Positions 1 to 11,008 of a DNA stretch of 64,000 bases are shown in pieces. Under the pieces are notes generated by a model. That model was not told where the DNA came from, ran no database searches, and saw only the letters and a list, made by a program, of their open reading frames with translations. The stretch lies in the IMG/VR virus record IMGVR_UViG_3300032237_000764, positions 32,168-96,167 of that record; one strand, given 5' to 3'. Made by a program: the position numbers and the translations under genes. How positions within the stretch are numbered: position 1 is the first letter of the stretch; every line of letters begins with the position of its first letter. The DNA comes from a virus (lineage: Duplodnaviria > Caudoviricetes).

Positions 1-2
1 CA

Positions 3-761
3 TTTAATGATTTACAATGCTGGTATCATTCAAATGGATGTCCTAAAATTGAAGCCGTAATAAACGCCGCCGGGTATACTGGAAAACCTAACGTAGATTC
101 GTGTGAAATTGAAAAAACAACAACTATACATGGAAATATTATATGGACTCAAATATTAACTAATTGGTGTATGTTAAATAATATTTTAATTACACATATA
201 TCAAGTGGATGTATTTATAATGGAAAAAAAGACGACGGTAGTGGATTTTCGGAACAAGACGAGCCGAATTTTACATGGAAACAAAATAATTGTAGTTTTT
301 ATAGTGGATCCAAGGTTGTTGGTGAGAATATAATTTCTCAATGGAGTAAACATTATATTTGTAGATTGAGAATTCCATTCGAAGAAAATCATAATAATAG
401 AAACTATTTAAGTAAATTACTTAATTATAATCAATTATTAAATGCTGAAAATTCAATATCAAATAAAAATGAATTTGTAAATGCGGTGATACAAATGATA
501 CGTAATCATGTTCCTTTCGGTATATATAATATCACCAATACAGGCCATATCACAACTGAAGAAATAGTTAAAAAATTAAAAAAAACAATAGCAAAAAACA
601 AACAATTTAACTTTATTACTGAAAAAGAATTTTATTCTAACTTTGCAATAGCACCACGGTCAAATTGTATAATTAATAACAGCAAATTATTATCACTGGG
701 TATTAAAATGAGACCTGTTGACGAAGCGATAGATTATTGTTTGACAAACTGGAAATATTAA
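3..761 (+). CDS. RmlD-like / NRS-ER-type NDP-4-keto-6-deoxyhexose reductase, 5'-truncated by window edge
   Basis: Frame is open from nt 3 and contains INAAGYTGKPNVDSCE, HISSGCIY and YSGSK (YxxxK). Confidence 0.8.
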   Translation, partial: FNDLQCWYHSNGCPKIEAVINAAGYTGKPNVDSCEIEKTTTIHGNIIWTQILTNWCMLNNILITHISSGCIYNGKKDDGSGFSEQDEPNFTWKQNNCSFYSGSKVVGENIISQWSKHYICRLRIPFEENHNNRNYLSKLLNYNQLLNAENSISNKNEFVNAVIQMIRNHVPFGIYNITNTGHITTEEIVKKLKKTIAKNKQFNFITEKEFYSNFAIAPRSNCIINNSKLLSLGIKMRPVDEAIDYCLTNWKY

Positions 762-824
762 ACTTATTATACTAATAAAAATATTGACAATTAAGATATC
801 TAGCGTTAGAGTAAGAAATTTATT

Positions 825-2126
825 ATGAATAATCGAAAAGAATTGATACAAACATTTATTAATCAAATTAAAGAACAACAATTTGTTCCAGAGTTCTGTC
901 ACAACCTAAAACAATCAAAAAATAAAGTTTATTATTCAGGACCATCATTTACTGACGATGAGTTAATAGAAGCAATTGATTCATTGCTTTTTGGTAAATG
1001 GTTTAGTAGTGGAGAAAAGGTATATCGATTTGAAAGCGAATTTAGTAAGACTATTAATCAAAAATATTCTGTGATGGTAAACTCGGGAAGTTCTGCGAAT
1101 TTAGTATTGATTGCCGCATTAAAAAAATACTTTAATTGGCAAGACAATGATGAAGTTTTAATTTCTGTCGTTGGATTTCCAACTACATTAAATCCATTAA
1201 TCCAAAACAATCTAAAAGCAATATTTGTTGATATTGAATTTGATACTTTAAATTTTAATTTGACTCAGTTGGAAAGCAAAATTACATCAAAAACCAAAGC
1301 AATTTTTATTTCTCCCGTATTAGGAAATCCTCCTGATCTGGATCGTATCATTGAAATTGCCAATAAATATAAGTTAAAAATTGTTTTAGATGGATGCGAT
1401 AGTTATGGCAGTAGATGGAATAGTAAGCATTTGGCCGAATATGCAATTGCTTCCAGTTGCAGTTTTTATCCTGCGCATCACATCACCACTGGTGAAGGTG
1501 GTATGGTAAGTTCAAATATTGAAGAAATTGTCAAACTTGCTAGAACTTTTAGTTGGTGGGGACGTGATTGTTATTGTGTTGGCCCAGCAAATTTATTGAA
1601 AAATGGAAGTTGTAATTGTCGTTTCAGTAATTGGTTGAAAGATGTACCGTATGAAATTGATCATAAATATCTCTTTACCCAAATCGGATACAATTTAAAA
1701 CCACTTGATTTGCAAGGTGGTATTGGACTGGCTCAATTAAAGAAGGCTGAATCATTTCATGAAGCACGGCGTGTTAATAAAGAAAAAATTCAGTCGATTC
1801 TATCGAATATAAAAACTTTAAAATTTCCAAGTCAAGATCAACGTGCCGAAGTTTCTTGGTTTGGTGTACCGATTATTTGCAGAACATATGTCGAAAAATC
1901 AAATTTTGTAAATTATTTGGAAATCAATGGAATTCAAACTCGCAATTATTTTGCTGGTAACATTCTATTACATCCTGCATATCGTCATTTGGAAGATTGG
2001 AAAAACTATCCAAATGCAAATAGTGTGTTAGAAAAGGTTTTCTTTATTGGATGTGCTCCTACAATCACCGAAGATAATATTAAATATATTCAAGAAGTTA
2101 TTGAAAAATACAAATATGAAAATTGA
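825..2126 (+). CDS. rfbH: CDP-4-keto-6-deoxyglucose 3-dehydrase (RfbH/DdhC, DegT family)
   Basis: VNSGSSAN; SFYPAHHITTGEGG has His at the PLP-Lys position; WGRDCYC Cys motif. Confidence 0.88.
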   Translation: MNNRKELIQTFINQIKEQQFVPEFCHNLKQSKNKVYYSGPSFTDDELIEAIDSLLFGKWFSSGEKVYRFESEFSKTINQKYSVMVNSGSSANLVLIAALKKYFNWQDNDEVLISVVGFPTTLNPLIQNNLKAIFVDIEFDTLNFNLTQLESKITSKTKAIFISPVLGNPPDLDRIIEIANKYKLKIVLDGCDSYGSRWNSKHLAEYAIASSCSFYPAHHITTGEGGMVSSNIEEIVKLARTFSWWGRDCYCVGPANLLKNGSCNCRFSNWLKDVPYEIDHKYLFTQIGYNLKPLDLQGGIGLAQLKKAESFHEARRVNKEKIQSILSNIKTLKFPSQDQRAEVSWFGVPIICRTYVEKSNFVNYLEINGIQTRNYFAGNILLHPAYRHLEDWKNYPNANSVLEKVFFIGCAPTITEDNIKYIQEVIEKYKYEN

Positions 2127-2931
2127 TTTATTTGGTGGCACCGGGTTCATAGGCAGTAATTTTAAACGATTATATGATAGTGAATCTCATATTCATCATC
2201 GTGAAAATGACTATCCATTAGAAGAAAACGTGTTGTATATGATTAGCACAACACACAACTATAATGTATTTAGCGATTTACATAAAGACGTTGATACCAA
2301 TTTAACCAAACTGTTAAAGGTATTAGCTAAATGTAAAGATAAAAATATCACATTTAACTTTGTAAGTAGTTGGTTTGTTTATGGAGAATGTGCATTACCT
2401 GCATCCGAATCGGATTGCTGTAAACCAAAAGGATTTTATAGTATTACAAAAAAATGTGCTGAAGATTTATTAATTAGTTATTGTGAAACATTTAATATTA
2501 AATATAGAATCTTGCGTCTTTGTAATGTTTATGGAAAAACTGACGATGGCGTGTCCAAGCAAAAGAATGCGTTGCAATATTTAATAAATGAACTTAAATT
2601 AAATCGAGATATTAAATTATATTATAATGGTAATTTTATTAGAGATTATATGCATGTTGATGATATTTGTCGTGCAATTCATCTATGTATCACTAAAGCT
2701 GATACAAATCAGATCATTAATATTGGCAGCGGTATACCTCAGCGATTTAGAGACGTGATTGATTTTGTTATATGCGAAACAAAATCAACTAGCAATATTA
2801 TTCCTGTTGATGCCGTAGAATTCCATAAACTTGTCCAAGTCAAAGATATGTATTTAAATACAGAAAAACTAACTCAATTAGGGTTTAAACAAGAAATTAA
2901 TATTTATACCGGTATAAAACAATTGTTATGA
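2116..2931 (+). CDS. NAD-dependent epimerase/dehydratase (extended SDR)
   Basis: GGTGFIG directly after ATG 2116; YSITK; RDYMHVDD. Confidence 0.85.
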   Translation: MKIDLFGGTGFIGSNFKRLYDSESHIHHRENDYPLEENVLYMISTTHNYNVFSDLHKDVDTNLTKLLKVLAKCKDKNITFNFVSSWFVYGECALPASESDCCKPKGFYSITKKCAEDLLISYCETFNIKYRILRLCNVYGKTDDGVSKQKNALQYLINELKLNRDIKLYYNGNFIRDYMHVDDICRAIHLCITKADTNQIINIGSGIPQRFRDVIDFVICETKSTSNIIPVDAVEFHKLVQVKDMYLNTEKLTQLGFKQEINIYTGIKQLL

Positions 2932-3893
2932 TTAATATATTAGTTACAGGTGGATGTGGATTTATAGGTTCTCATTTTGTTGAAGAACTGTTAAAAAGTT
3001 CAAACATTGGATGTATTGTCAATATTGATAAAATGACATATGCAGCAAATAAAACATTACCGTTTCAATCGAATGAACATTATTTTTATCATAAAATGAA
3101 TATAAATTCTTCATGCATATTAGAAATTTTAAAAGAAAAAAACATCAATTATATTGTTCATTTTGCGGCTGAAAGTCATGTAGACAACAGTATTGCAGAC
3201 AGTGATCCGTTTATTAAAACTAATATTAATGGAACACACAGTTTGTTAAAAACTTCATTAAATTATATTAATAAAGGTGGCAATTTAATTAAATTTATAC
3301 ACGTATCCACTGATGAAGTGTATGGTAGTTTAAATTTTGATGATATACCTTTTACAGTTAATAGTCCATATCGTCCTAACAGTCCTTATGCAGCGAGCAA
3401 GGCTGCAAGTGATTTGCTGGTTCGTAGTTATGTTCATACACATAAATTTCCAGCCATTATTACCAATTGTAGCAATAACTTTGGTCCTCGTCAATTTTCT
3501 GAAAAGCTAATACCACTCTGTATTAAAAAATTAAAAAATAAACAATCGATACCCTTATATGGTAATGGAAAAAACATTCGCGATTGGATATACGTAAAAG
3601 ATCATGTAAATGCATTGATACAAGTATTATTGAACGGTAAAGTCGGTAGTCAGTATTTAATCGGTGGCGATAAAGAAATTTCTAATTATGAGTTAGTTCA
3701 TATTTTAGGATATGAATATACCAATCTTACCTTTACTAATATTGATTGGCCACTGTTTAACTTTGTAGAAGATCGTAAAGGACACGATTTGCGTTATGCA
3801 ATTGATACAGTAGAATTTAAAAAAGAGTTTCCTGATTGGAAACTCTCTTGCTTTTATGATAGTATCAAAAACACAGTAAAAAGCTATATTTAA
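2928..3893 (+). CDS. rfbB: dTDP-glucose 4,6-dehydratase
   Basis: GGCGFIG, HFAAESHVD, STDEVYG, PYAASK, DRKGHDLRY. Confidence 0.93.
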   Translation: MINILVTGGCGFIGSHFVEELLKSSNIGCIVNIDKMTYAANKTLPFQSNEHYFYHKMNINSSCILEILKEKNINYIVHFAAESHVDNSIADSDPFIKTNINGTHSLLKTSLNYINKGGNLIKFIHVSTDEVYGSLNFDDIPFTVNSPYRPNSPYAASKAASDLLVRSYVHTHKFPAIITNCSNNFGPRQFSEKLIPLCIKKLKNKQSIPLYGNGKNIRDWIYVKDHVNALIQVLLNGKVGSQYLIGGDKEISNYELVHILGYEYTNLTFTNIDWPLFNFVEDRKGHDLRYAIDTVEFKKEFPDWKLSCFYDSIKNTVKSYI

Positions 3894-5041
3894 TTTTTAA
3901 CTATTATTAAATTTTTTTCGTATGTTTTTAAAGATTTAATTGTAAATTTAAATATATCAAATTCCATATTTCCAATTTCTCCAGAATCTTTTAAAATTTT
4001 AGAAAGATTATAAATAATTTGTATATTATTATTATTCAACATATTTCCGTCAAATTCAATTAATATATTATTTATCTTTTCATCATTTAAAGTTTTTACT
4101 CTGTTTTTTAAATTAAACGACGTGAGGTGTTGATTATTATTAATATAATTTTTAATATCACAATCTACATATATATTTGAACACCAGTATTCTAATATAT
4201 TCAATAGCTGCGGATTACAATTATTAATAATTAATCCGATATCATACTTTGAATTTATGATAGGATAGCTGTATTCATCATTTTCTATCCAAGATCCCCA
4301 TTTTCTAATATAATTTTTATAATTTTTATCACAACATTTTTTATAAAAATCATCATCTTTTTGTATTTTTTCTGTCCATCGATGTCCTCTACATGTCAAG
4401 TGATATACAAATGAATCTCGACTTTGAATTATATTATAATCATTTAAAATAAATCTTTGAAATATATCACTGTCTTCATATGGAAATGGCGCAAACATTA
4501 AATCATGACCGCCAATTTCAATAAAGTCTTTTTTATACATAACCCAAGGTGCAAAAATTCCTTTGGTTGTAGTGTCGCATGACGATTTTTGTTCTGATAT
4601 ACAAAAGTCTTCAAATTCTTGTATTTTTAAATCATCATGCTCCAATCCAAAATTTTTAATAATTTTTTCTTTTCCGGCAGGATGTAAAGGGGGTTCTATA
4701 CGAGTAGCAGAAACCACAGTTTTATCTTTTAGATGTTTCAATAAATTTTCTACATAATATGGACCGCATATCATATCTGCATGAAATATTGAAAAAATAT
4801 CATGCTTACACATTTCAACTCCAATGTTATATAAAACTGTGTGTCCCACCGAACCGTTTTTATTAAAATATTTTGTCAAATTATTGTCTGACAGGTTACT
4901 TAACCAATCTACAGTACCGTCGGTTGAACAGTCATCTAAAACTATAATTTCATGACTTTTATAATATTTTCTGATACTAGTATATGCATTTTTTAAATAT
5001 TTTATATTATTTTTAGATGGTATTATAAAACTGATATTCAT
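3890..5041 (-). CDS. Glycosyltransferase family 2
   Basis: ISFIIP, LDDCSTDGT, HADM, EDSD. Confidence 0.85.
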   Translation of the reverse strand: MNISFIIPSKNNIKYLKNAYTSIRKYYKSHEIIVLDDCSTDGTVDWLSNLSDNNLTKYFNKNGSVGHTVLYNIGVEMCKHDIFSIFHADMICGPYYVENLLKHLKDKTVVSATRIEPPLHPAGKEKIIKNFGLEHDDLKIQEFEDFCISEQKSSCDTTTKGIFAPWVMYKKDFIEIGGHDLMFAPFPYEDSDIFQRFILNDYNIIQSRDSFVYHLTCRGHRWTEKIQKDDDFYKKCCDKNYKNYIRKWGSWIENDEYSYPIINSKYDIGLIINNCNPQLLNILEYWCSNIYVDCDIKNYINNNQHLTSFNLKNRVKTLNDEKINNILIEFDGNMLNNNNIQIIYNLSKILKDSGEIGNMEFDIFKFTIKSLKTYEKNLIIVKN

Positions 5042-5045
5042 AATT

Positions 5046-5900
5046 TTATTTTGGCAAACATAATAAATTTACAAGTTCTCCCGAAATAGTGTCATTTATA
5101 CTATTTATTTTTTTCATTTTATTTGGATTTCCAAAACCAGAATTGTCGCGCCCTATGTCATAGATATCATAATTGATCGAATGTATCGTATGCAGGAGAT
5201 CATTTACTTCTGAGGGTGTAGAGCCTGAATAAAGTTCCGCCATTAAAATTGGTTTAACTGTGTTAATAATTGAATATATAGTTTTAATTATTTCTTTATC
5301 ATGACCTTCCGCATCAATTTTAATTAATTTAATATTTGAAATATCATCTTTATGATTTTCATTTAAGAAATTATTTAAATTAACAGCGTATACATCTATT
5401 GGTTTGACATGTCCGGTTACACCCACTCCTTTTTCACATCCTAATGCAAACCCACCATTACAAAGACCATCATCGGAATAATGAAATTCTAAAACTTCAT
5501 TATTATGTGAACATGCTAAGTTATACGGTACAATATTTTTGTAAATTTCACCATTTTTATTTAAAATTTCAAATGCTGCTGGATTTGGTTCAAATGATAT
5601 AACTTTTCCTGCAAATTTTGCAAATGCCACTGATAATATCCCCGCTTGCGCACCTATATCTAATACTACACTATTTTTTAATAGTGTTTGATTTAAATAA
5701 TCTAAAATGTTATTGGTAAACATTTCGGTATATTCCCAATCTCCTTGATATGGATGCGTCCATTTATAATAATCAATATTATATTTATTGTTTGGTGTAG
5801 AATATGTTACTAGTTTCGGCTCATAACGATTTTTATTTTTAGATAAAATATCTAAAAATTCTTTTCTATATTCATCTGTATGTTCTATTATTTTATTCAT
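5046..5900 (-). CDS. FkbM-family methyltransferase
   Basis: VLDIGAQAG, SFEPNP, IKIDAEG. Confidence 0.88.
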   Translation of the reverse strand: MNKIIEHTDEYRKEFLDILSKNKNRYEPKLVTYSTPNNKYNIDYYKWTHPYQGDWEYTEMFTNNILDYLNQTLLKNSVVLDIGAQAGILSVAFAKFAGKVISFEPNPAAFEILNKNGEIYKNIVPYNLACSHNNEVLEFHYSDDGLCNGGFALGCEKGVGVTGHVKPIDVYAVNLNNFLNENHKDDISNIKLIKIDAEGHDKEIIKTIYSIINTVKPILMAELYSGSTPSEVNDLLHTIHSINYDIYDIGRDNSGFGNPNKMKKINSINDTISGELVNLLCLPK

Positions 5901-6775
5901 ATTCTATTATTAAATTTTAAAATTTCTTCGTCGAAATATTTCTCTGCGTTTGTTCTAAACTCTTTTTGTCGGTTTATTAAACTCAAATAATTTTTATAAA
6001 TATTATTTCTGTATTTATTATTTTCAGTAACTATTATATTTTCTAAAACATATTGACTAATATCATATTTTTTATTTTTCATTAATTGACAACAGATCAT
6101 TACAAAATAGTCATCTAGACCATATGGTCCAAATGAGTCTGGTATATCAATCAATTTTATTAATTTTGATGATAATAGATTAAACCATCCGCCTCCAAAT
6201 TTAAATTCATTTATTTTTTTTAATTGAATTGAATCTTCATTATGTTTACTCATCAATTGATATGGATCGGTTGAATTATAATCTGATAGACTAGGATGTT
6301 TATTTACATAATTTTTATTCGTAATCACATCCCATGTATTATCCCACAACTTTATTATTTCTGGTGAAATAATATAATATTCGGAATCTACAAAACTTGC
6401 GCCTGAAATAATGTATTTAAGAGTCTCATGTTTAAAGATTAAATCTGAATCTAAATAAAGAATATTGTCTGCGGTTGTATTTCTGACACAATCTCGTCGA
6501 CTGTCATTACAACCAACAAAAATATTTTTATCATCTATCTTTACTATTTTTTCACACCAATCCCATAATAATAATATATTATTAAATTTTTCTATAAAAA
6601 ATTCTTTTGGTATTATTGATTTTTCCCAAACTACTAAATTTAAATTTAGTGTTACATCAAGTATTATTTTATCTGATTTTTCTAAAAAATTACTACCTAT
6701 CTTAATTTGTTTGGATTGCCAATCAAACCAATCTAATTCATAAGGCATTAGGTGTACAACTATTTGAGTATTCAT
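5897..6775 (-). CDS. Putative GT-A glycosyltransferase
   Basis: LYLDSD (DxD) and YGLDD; lies in the glycan cluster. Confidence 0.6.
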   Translation of the reverse strand: MNTQIVVHLMPYELDWFDWQSKQIKIGSNFLEKSDKIILDVTLNLNLVVWEKSIIPKEFFIEKFNNILLLWDWCEKIVKIDDKNIFVGCNDSRRDCVRNTTADNILYLDSDLIFKHETLKYIISGASFVDSEYYIISPEIIKLWDNTWDVITNKNYVNKHPSLSDYNSTDPYQLMSKHNEDSIQLKKINEFKFGGGWFNLLSSKLIKLIDIPDSFGPYGLDDYFVMICCQLMKNKKYDISQYVLENIIVTENNKYRNNIYKNYLSLINRQKEFRTNAEKYFDEEILKFNNRI

Positions 6776-7728
6776 TTTGGTATTATAGTAGCAACATCAG
6801 GCCATTTTCCATATTTTTGGACGACTTTACTTTTATAGAAATCGTTTTTTCTATCATATTCTTGAAATTCTTTAATACATTCTTCGTATGAAAAGAAATT
6901 GCCTTCTCTATCCATATAAGTATATGTTGGATATATGTTATATCCCATATTCCAATAACCATCGCTTACGTTATGTCTGAGCATGTATTTTGGAGCAATA
7001 ATAGTCTTTAGAGTTTCACTTGTCAATGATGGAATTAAAGAAAAACTAGAATTTGATGCAATCAAATACTTTGCATTTTTGATAATGGCATAATCTTCGC
7101 CTATACCAAAATGATAAATATTCTCACTTAATTCTGGTAATAATTGTCGAGTTGAATTTACATCTTCGGTAATGACTAAAAAATTCATGTTCGGATTTAT
7201 TTTTAACATATAATTTATAGCATTTAACCAATATGTTCTTGGTAAATAAATCCAAGGATCAAAATTAGCTCTTACATTTATTATACAAATATCATCTTTA
7301 CTAAAATTTTTATTATCATATTCTGGTTTTAATTTCAGCCACTGTTTAATTTTATCTATGTGATGATAAAAGTAATCCGGACCCTGCATATATCCTAATA
7401 TATGACTGTTATCAGGTATATTTTTTAAAATAGGATCTGTTATCCAAACACCACATCCTTCGTTATAATCTTGATAATTATTTTGAGTAAAGTATCTATA
7501 TTCCTTTTCCATATAGTAATTTTGTATTTTACTTTCATCGACTTTTCCTCCCATGTCTAAATCGATAAAATACATTCCTTTAGTATTATATCTTTTATCT
7601 CCTAAACAATTGTTTGGATCATGAATACCAAATTCACAACCTCTATCCAAAGCAATCGCTCTGGTTGAAATATAACAAAATAATTGGTTTCCCAATCCTT
7701 GACCATATAGCATTTCTGTTGATATCAT
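6772..7728 (-). CDS. GT11-like (alpha-1,2-fucosyltransferase-like) glycosyltransferase
   Basis: GQGLGNQLF, ITED, IASNSSFS, IAPKY. Confidence 0.75.
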   Translation of the reverse strand: MISTEMLYGQGLGNQLFCYISTRAIALDRGCEFGIHDPNNCLGDKRYNTKGMYFIDLDMGGKVDESKIQNYYMEKEYRYFTQNNYQDYNEGCGVWITDPILKNIPDNSHILGYMQGPDYFYHHIDKIKQWLKLKPEYDNKNFSKDDICIINVRANFDPWIYLPRTYWLNAINYMLKINPNMNFLVITEDVNSTRQLLPELSENIYHFGIGEDYAIIKNAKYLIASNSSFSLIPSLTSETLKTIIAPKYMLRHNVSDGYWNMGYNIYPTYTYMDREGNFFSYEECIKEFQEYDRKNDFYKSKVVQKYGKWPDVATIIPK

Positions 7729-7769
7729 AAATTTAATTTTTTATTAAAAATACTATTCCGAATGACAAA

Positions 7770-8693
7770 TTATTTAATCATATGTTTATATTTATCTAAA
7801 TTATTAATTAAATACGATGGATACGTATCATCAATTTTTACTTTTGTCAATCTATCTCCATTAAAAATTACATCTTTTAAATTATTAAAATTATATTCTA
7901 TTTTTGATAGCAATTTTTCATTGTCAAATGATTGACAATCTCCAGATGATAATTTTGTTTTTATTGAGTCTACACCACCCATATAACTAAAATGCCATCC
8001 TCCATTCAGTATATCATTATTTGGCTGTGCTCTTAATTCATTATAAGAATAATTTTTTAATTTTTTATAACTTCCCATTCTAGAACCTTTCCAATTAGAG
8101 GATTTAATACCAGTATAGGGTTCTGCGCCGGGATAATCATGAATAACATTATTAATATGCGATTCTCTTAATACATTTAAATAATAATAATAACAGGTTT
8201 GATTGAACGAATAAAATTCATTTTCATCATAAAACTCCGAAAGTCTTGTTAATATTTTCGGATTAGGAATTTCATCACAGTCAGATGATATTATCACGTC
8301 ATCGTCTTCACAATTTTCCATACATCTTCTTATAGATTCCTTGATAAAAAAACTTCTACCAAATCTTGGTTCTGTGAATCTATTAAAACGTTCTGACGAC
8401 TTAATAAATGAAAATATTTGATTCAAACAAATATTATCAAAAGAAGTTTCTTCATAATGTGGTAAATTAATAAATTCATCTGGAAGATCATTTATAACTT
8501 TATGAATTATTTTGGGCAAAAATTTAGAAAATCTATCTTTATTTTTTAGAAATAAAGATTCTTTCTTTTCTCCTGACATTGTTTTTGTCCCCTCAATTAA
8601 TATAAAATGGTCAACAACTGAATTTAAAATATTAAGTCTGATTTCTAAAACATCTAATTCGTTAAAAAATGTAAAGCAGTCATAAATTTTCAT
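7770..8693 (-). CDS. GT17 (beta-1,4-GlcNAc-transferase-like) glycosyltransferase
   Basis: YDCFTFFNELDVLEIRL, SDCDEIP, GWHFSY. Confidence 0.85.
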   Translation of the reverse strand: MKIYDCFTFFNELDVLEIRLNILNSVVDHFILIEGTKTMSGEKKESLFLKNKDRFSKFLPKIIHKVINDLPDEFINLPHYEETSFDNICLNQIFSFIKSSERFNRFTEPRFGRSFFIKESIRRCMENCEDDDVIISSDCDEIPNPKILTRLSEFYDENEFYSFNQTCYYYYLNVLRESHINNVIHDYPGAEPYTGIKSSNWKGSRMGSYKKLKNYSYNELRAQPNNDILNGGWHFSYMGGVDSIKTKLSSGDCQSFDNEKLLSKIEYNFNNLKDVIFNGDRLTKVKIDDTYPSYLINNLDKYKHMIK

Positions 8694-8791
8694 CTAGATT
8701 ACATATAGTCTTTAGGACGAATTAAATTTTTATATTTTACAATGTATTTATTATATTCGACTCGCTTATATGTATATGATATCATAGTATT

Positions 8792-9754
8792 ATGAAAAAA
8801 ATTTTTGTAACAGGAGCGGCCGGATTTATAGGAAGTAATTTAATTGATAGACTTTTATTATTAGGATATCGCGTTATAGGATGGGATAATTTCTCAACTG
8901 GTAAATTAAAATTTCTAGAAAAATCATTAAAAAATACCAATTTTGAATTGATTGAAGGTGATAATCTCAATTTGAATCACTTAACATCCTCCATGAAAGC
9001 ATGCGAGGTAGTATTTCATCTTGCAGCAAATGCAGATGTTCGATTTGGATTGAATCATCCATCCAAAGATTTGAATCAAAATACAATAGCAACATTCAAT
9101 GTATTACAAGCCATGAATGCTAATGGTATCAAGCGTATTATATTCAGTTCAACTGGAAGTGTTTATGGAGAAACAACTGTAATTCCTACACCAGAAAATG
9201 TAGGATTTCCCATTCAAACGTCTTTATATGGAGCATCTAAAGTAGCATGTGAAACCTTGATTCAAGCTTATTCAGAGGGTTACGGATTTGAATCTTATAT
9301 CTTTAGATTTGTATCTATTCTTGGTGAACGATATACACACGGTCATATTTTTGATTTTTATAAACAATTAATTGATCATCCCGATTATTTGAATGTACTT
9401 GGCGATGGTACACAGCGAAAGAGTTATTTATATGTTCAAGATTGCATTGATGCGATGCTGCATGTTTTGTCGGTACCTAAACAAAATAACGTAAATATTT
9501 ATAATCTCGGCACCGATGAATATGTCCAAGTAAATGATTCTATAAAATTTATTATAGATCATTTAGGAGTTTCTCCATTAATACAATATTCTGGCGGCAA
9601 AAAAGGATGGATCGGTGATAATCCATGTATCTTTTTAGATACAACGAAAGTTCGAAATACAGGATGGCAACCAAAATTAACAATTGAACAAGGTGTGATT
9701 TCTACAGTTAAATGGTTACAACAAAATCAATGGGTATATGAAAACAATAAATAA
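8792..9754 (+). CDS. NDP-sugar 4-epimerase (extended SDR; LmbM-like candidate)
   Basis: GAAGFIG, HLAANADV, SSTGSVYG, YGASK. Confidence 0.88.
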   Translation: MKKIFVTGAAGFIGSNLIDRLLLLGYRVIGWDNFSTGKLKFLEKSLKNTNFELIEGDNLNLNHLTSSMKACEVVFHLAANADVRFGLNHPSKDLNQNTIATFNVLQAMNANGIKRIIFSSTGSVYGETTVIPTPENVGFPIQTSLYGASKVACETLIQAYSEGYGFESYIFRFVSILGERYTHGHIFDFYKQLIDHPDYLNVLGDGTQRKSYLYVQDCIDAMLHVLSVPKQNNVNIYNLGTDEYVQVNDSIKFIIDHLGVSPLIQYSGGKKGWIGDNPCIFLDTTKVRNTGWQPKLTIEQGVISTVKWLQQNQWVYENNK

Positions 9755-11006
9755 ACTAGCAATATTTGGATTATGGCATTTGGGAAGTGTTATATCGACG
9801 TGTTGTGCCAAGCATTTTAATGTGATGGCATACGATCCATCATCTGAAGTAGTAGATAATTTAAATCTTGGAAACGCTCCTGTTTATGAGCCAGAATTAA
9901 ACAATCAACTCAAAGCAGAAATCACACGAAATCGGGTACAGTTCACAAATAATTTGTCGATTGCATGTAATCATGCAGATGTGTTTTGGATCACATATGA
10001 TACACCAGTTGACGAAAATGATTTGGCAGACAATACGTTTATCTATGAACGAATAGCTGAGATATGCAAGTTAAAACAATCAGCGGCAACAATCATTATT
10101 TCTTCTCAAATTGTTGCAACCACATGTGCAAAATTAGAAAGAGATTTTTCGCAACATACATTTGTATATATTCCTGAAAATTTAAGATTGGGAAAAGGTA
10201 TTGAAACCTTTGAAAATGCGGAGCGTTTTATTGTTGGATGTAGAAATAAAGATATAAACAAGTTAAAAGAATTGCTTGCACCATTTAACATTGAATTGGT
10301 TTTTATGAAATCGGAATCTGCTGAAATGGTTAAACATACAATCAATTCATTTTTGGCATTGTCTGTTACTTTTATTAATGAAATCGCAACAATATGTGAG
10401 CAAATTGACGCTGACGCACATGAAGTTTCTATTGGTGTTAAAAGTGATAAAAGAATTGGTAAAAGCGCATATTTGAAGCCGGGCGAACCATTTGCAGGAG
10501 GCACATTAGCTAGAGATGTAGTTTCACTGGACACGCTTCATAAATATTTTCAAGTCAAATCACCGATACTATCTTCAATAATAGAAAGCAATGAAAATCA
10601 TAAAAATTGGTATTTAAATCAATTAAATGCAATTCCATATAATAAATGTAAGAGTATATTATTTCTGGGACTTACCTATACGGAAAATACAAACACATTG
10701 CGTAGAAGCAATACATTAACATTATATAAAAAGTTAAATCGTCAAAATATTAAATTTTATGCATATGATAGTTTGGTAAAAACGCTACCAATTGAATTTG
10801 TTAATATTGAATTAATAAATAATATTGATGATCTTAATGTTGATATAGTTATTGTTTTTGGACATCAGAGTAGTTTTAAGTTATTGAATTATAATAAGTT
10901 ACAACACAAAGATACTCTATATTTTATAGATGCAAATCGTTATCTGTATGAACAAGTAAAACAACTATCAAACGTTAAATATATAACGGTTGGATCTATT
11001 ATTTAG
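9738..11006 (+). CDS. UDP-glucose/GDP-mannose dehydrogenase-family protein lacking the catalytic Cys (LmbL-like candidate)
   Basis: GLWHLG, PENLRLG, SAEMVKH; GGTLARD replaces GGSCxxKD. Confidence 0.82.
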   Translation: MKTINKLAIFGLWHLGSVISTCCAKHFNVMAYDPSSEVVDNLNLGNAPVYEPELNNQLKAEITRNRVQFTNNLSIACNHADVFWITYDTPVDENDLADNTFIYERIAEICKLKQSAATIIISSQIVATTCAKLERDFSQHTFVYIPENLRLGKGIETFENAERFIVGCRNKDINKLKELLAPFNIELVFMKSESAEMVKHTINSFLALSVTFINEIATICEQIDADAHEVSIGVKSDKRIGKSAYLKPGEPFAGGTLARDVVSLDTLHKYFQVKSPILSSIIESNENHKNWYLNQLNAIPYNKCKSILFLGLTYTENTNTLRRSNTLTLYKKLNRQNIKFYAYDSLVKTLPIEFVNIELINNIDDLNVDIVIVFGHQSSFKLLNYNKLQHKDTLYFIDANRYLYEQVKQLSNVKYITVGSII

Positions 11007-11008
11007 TT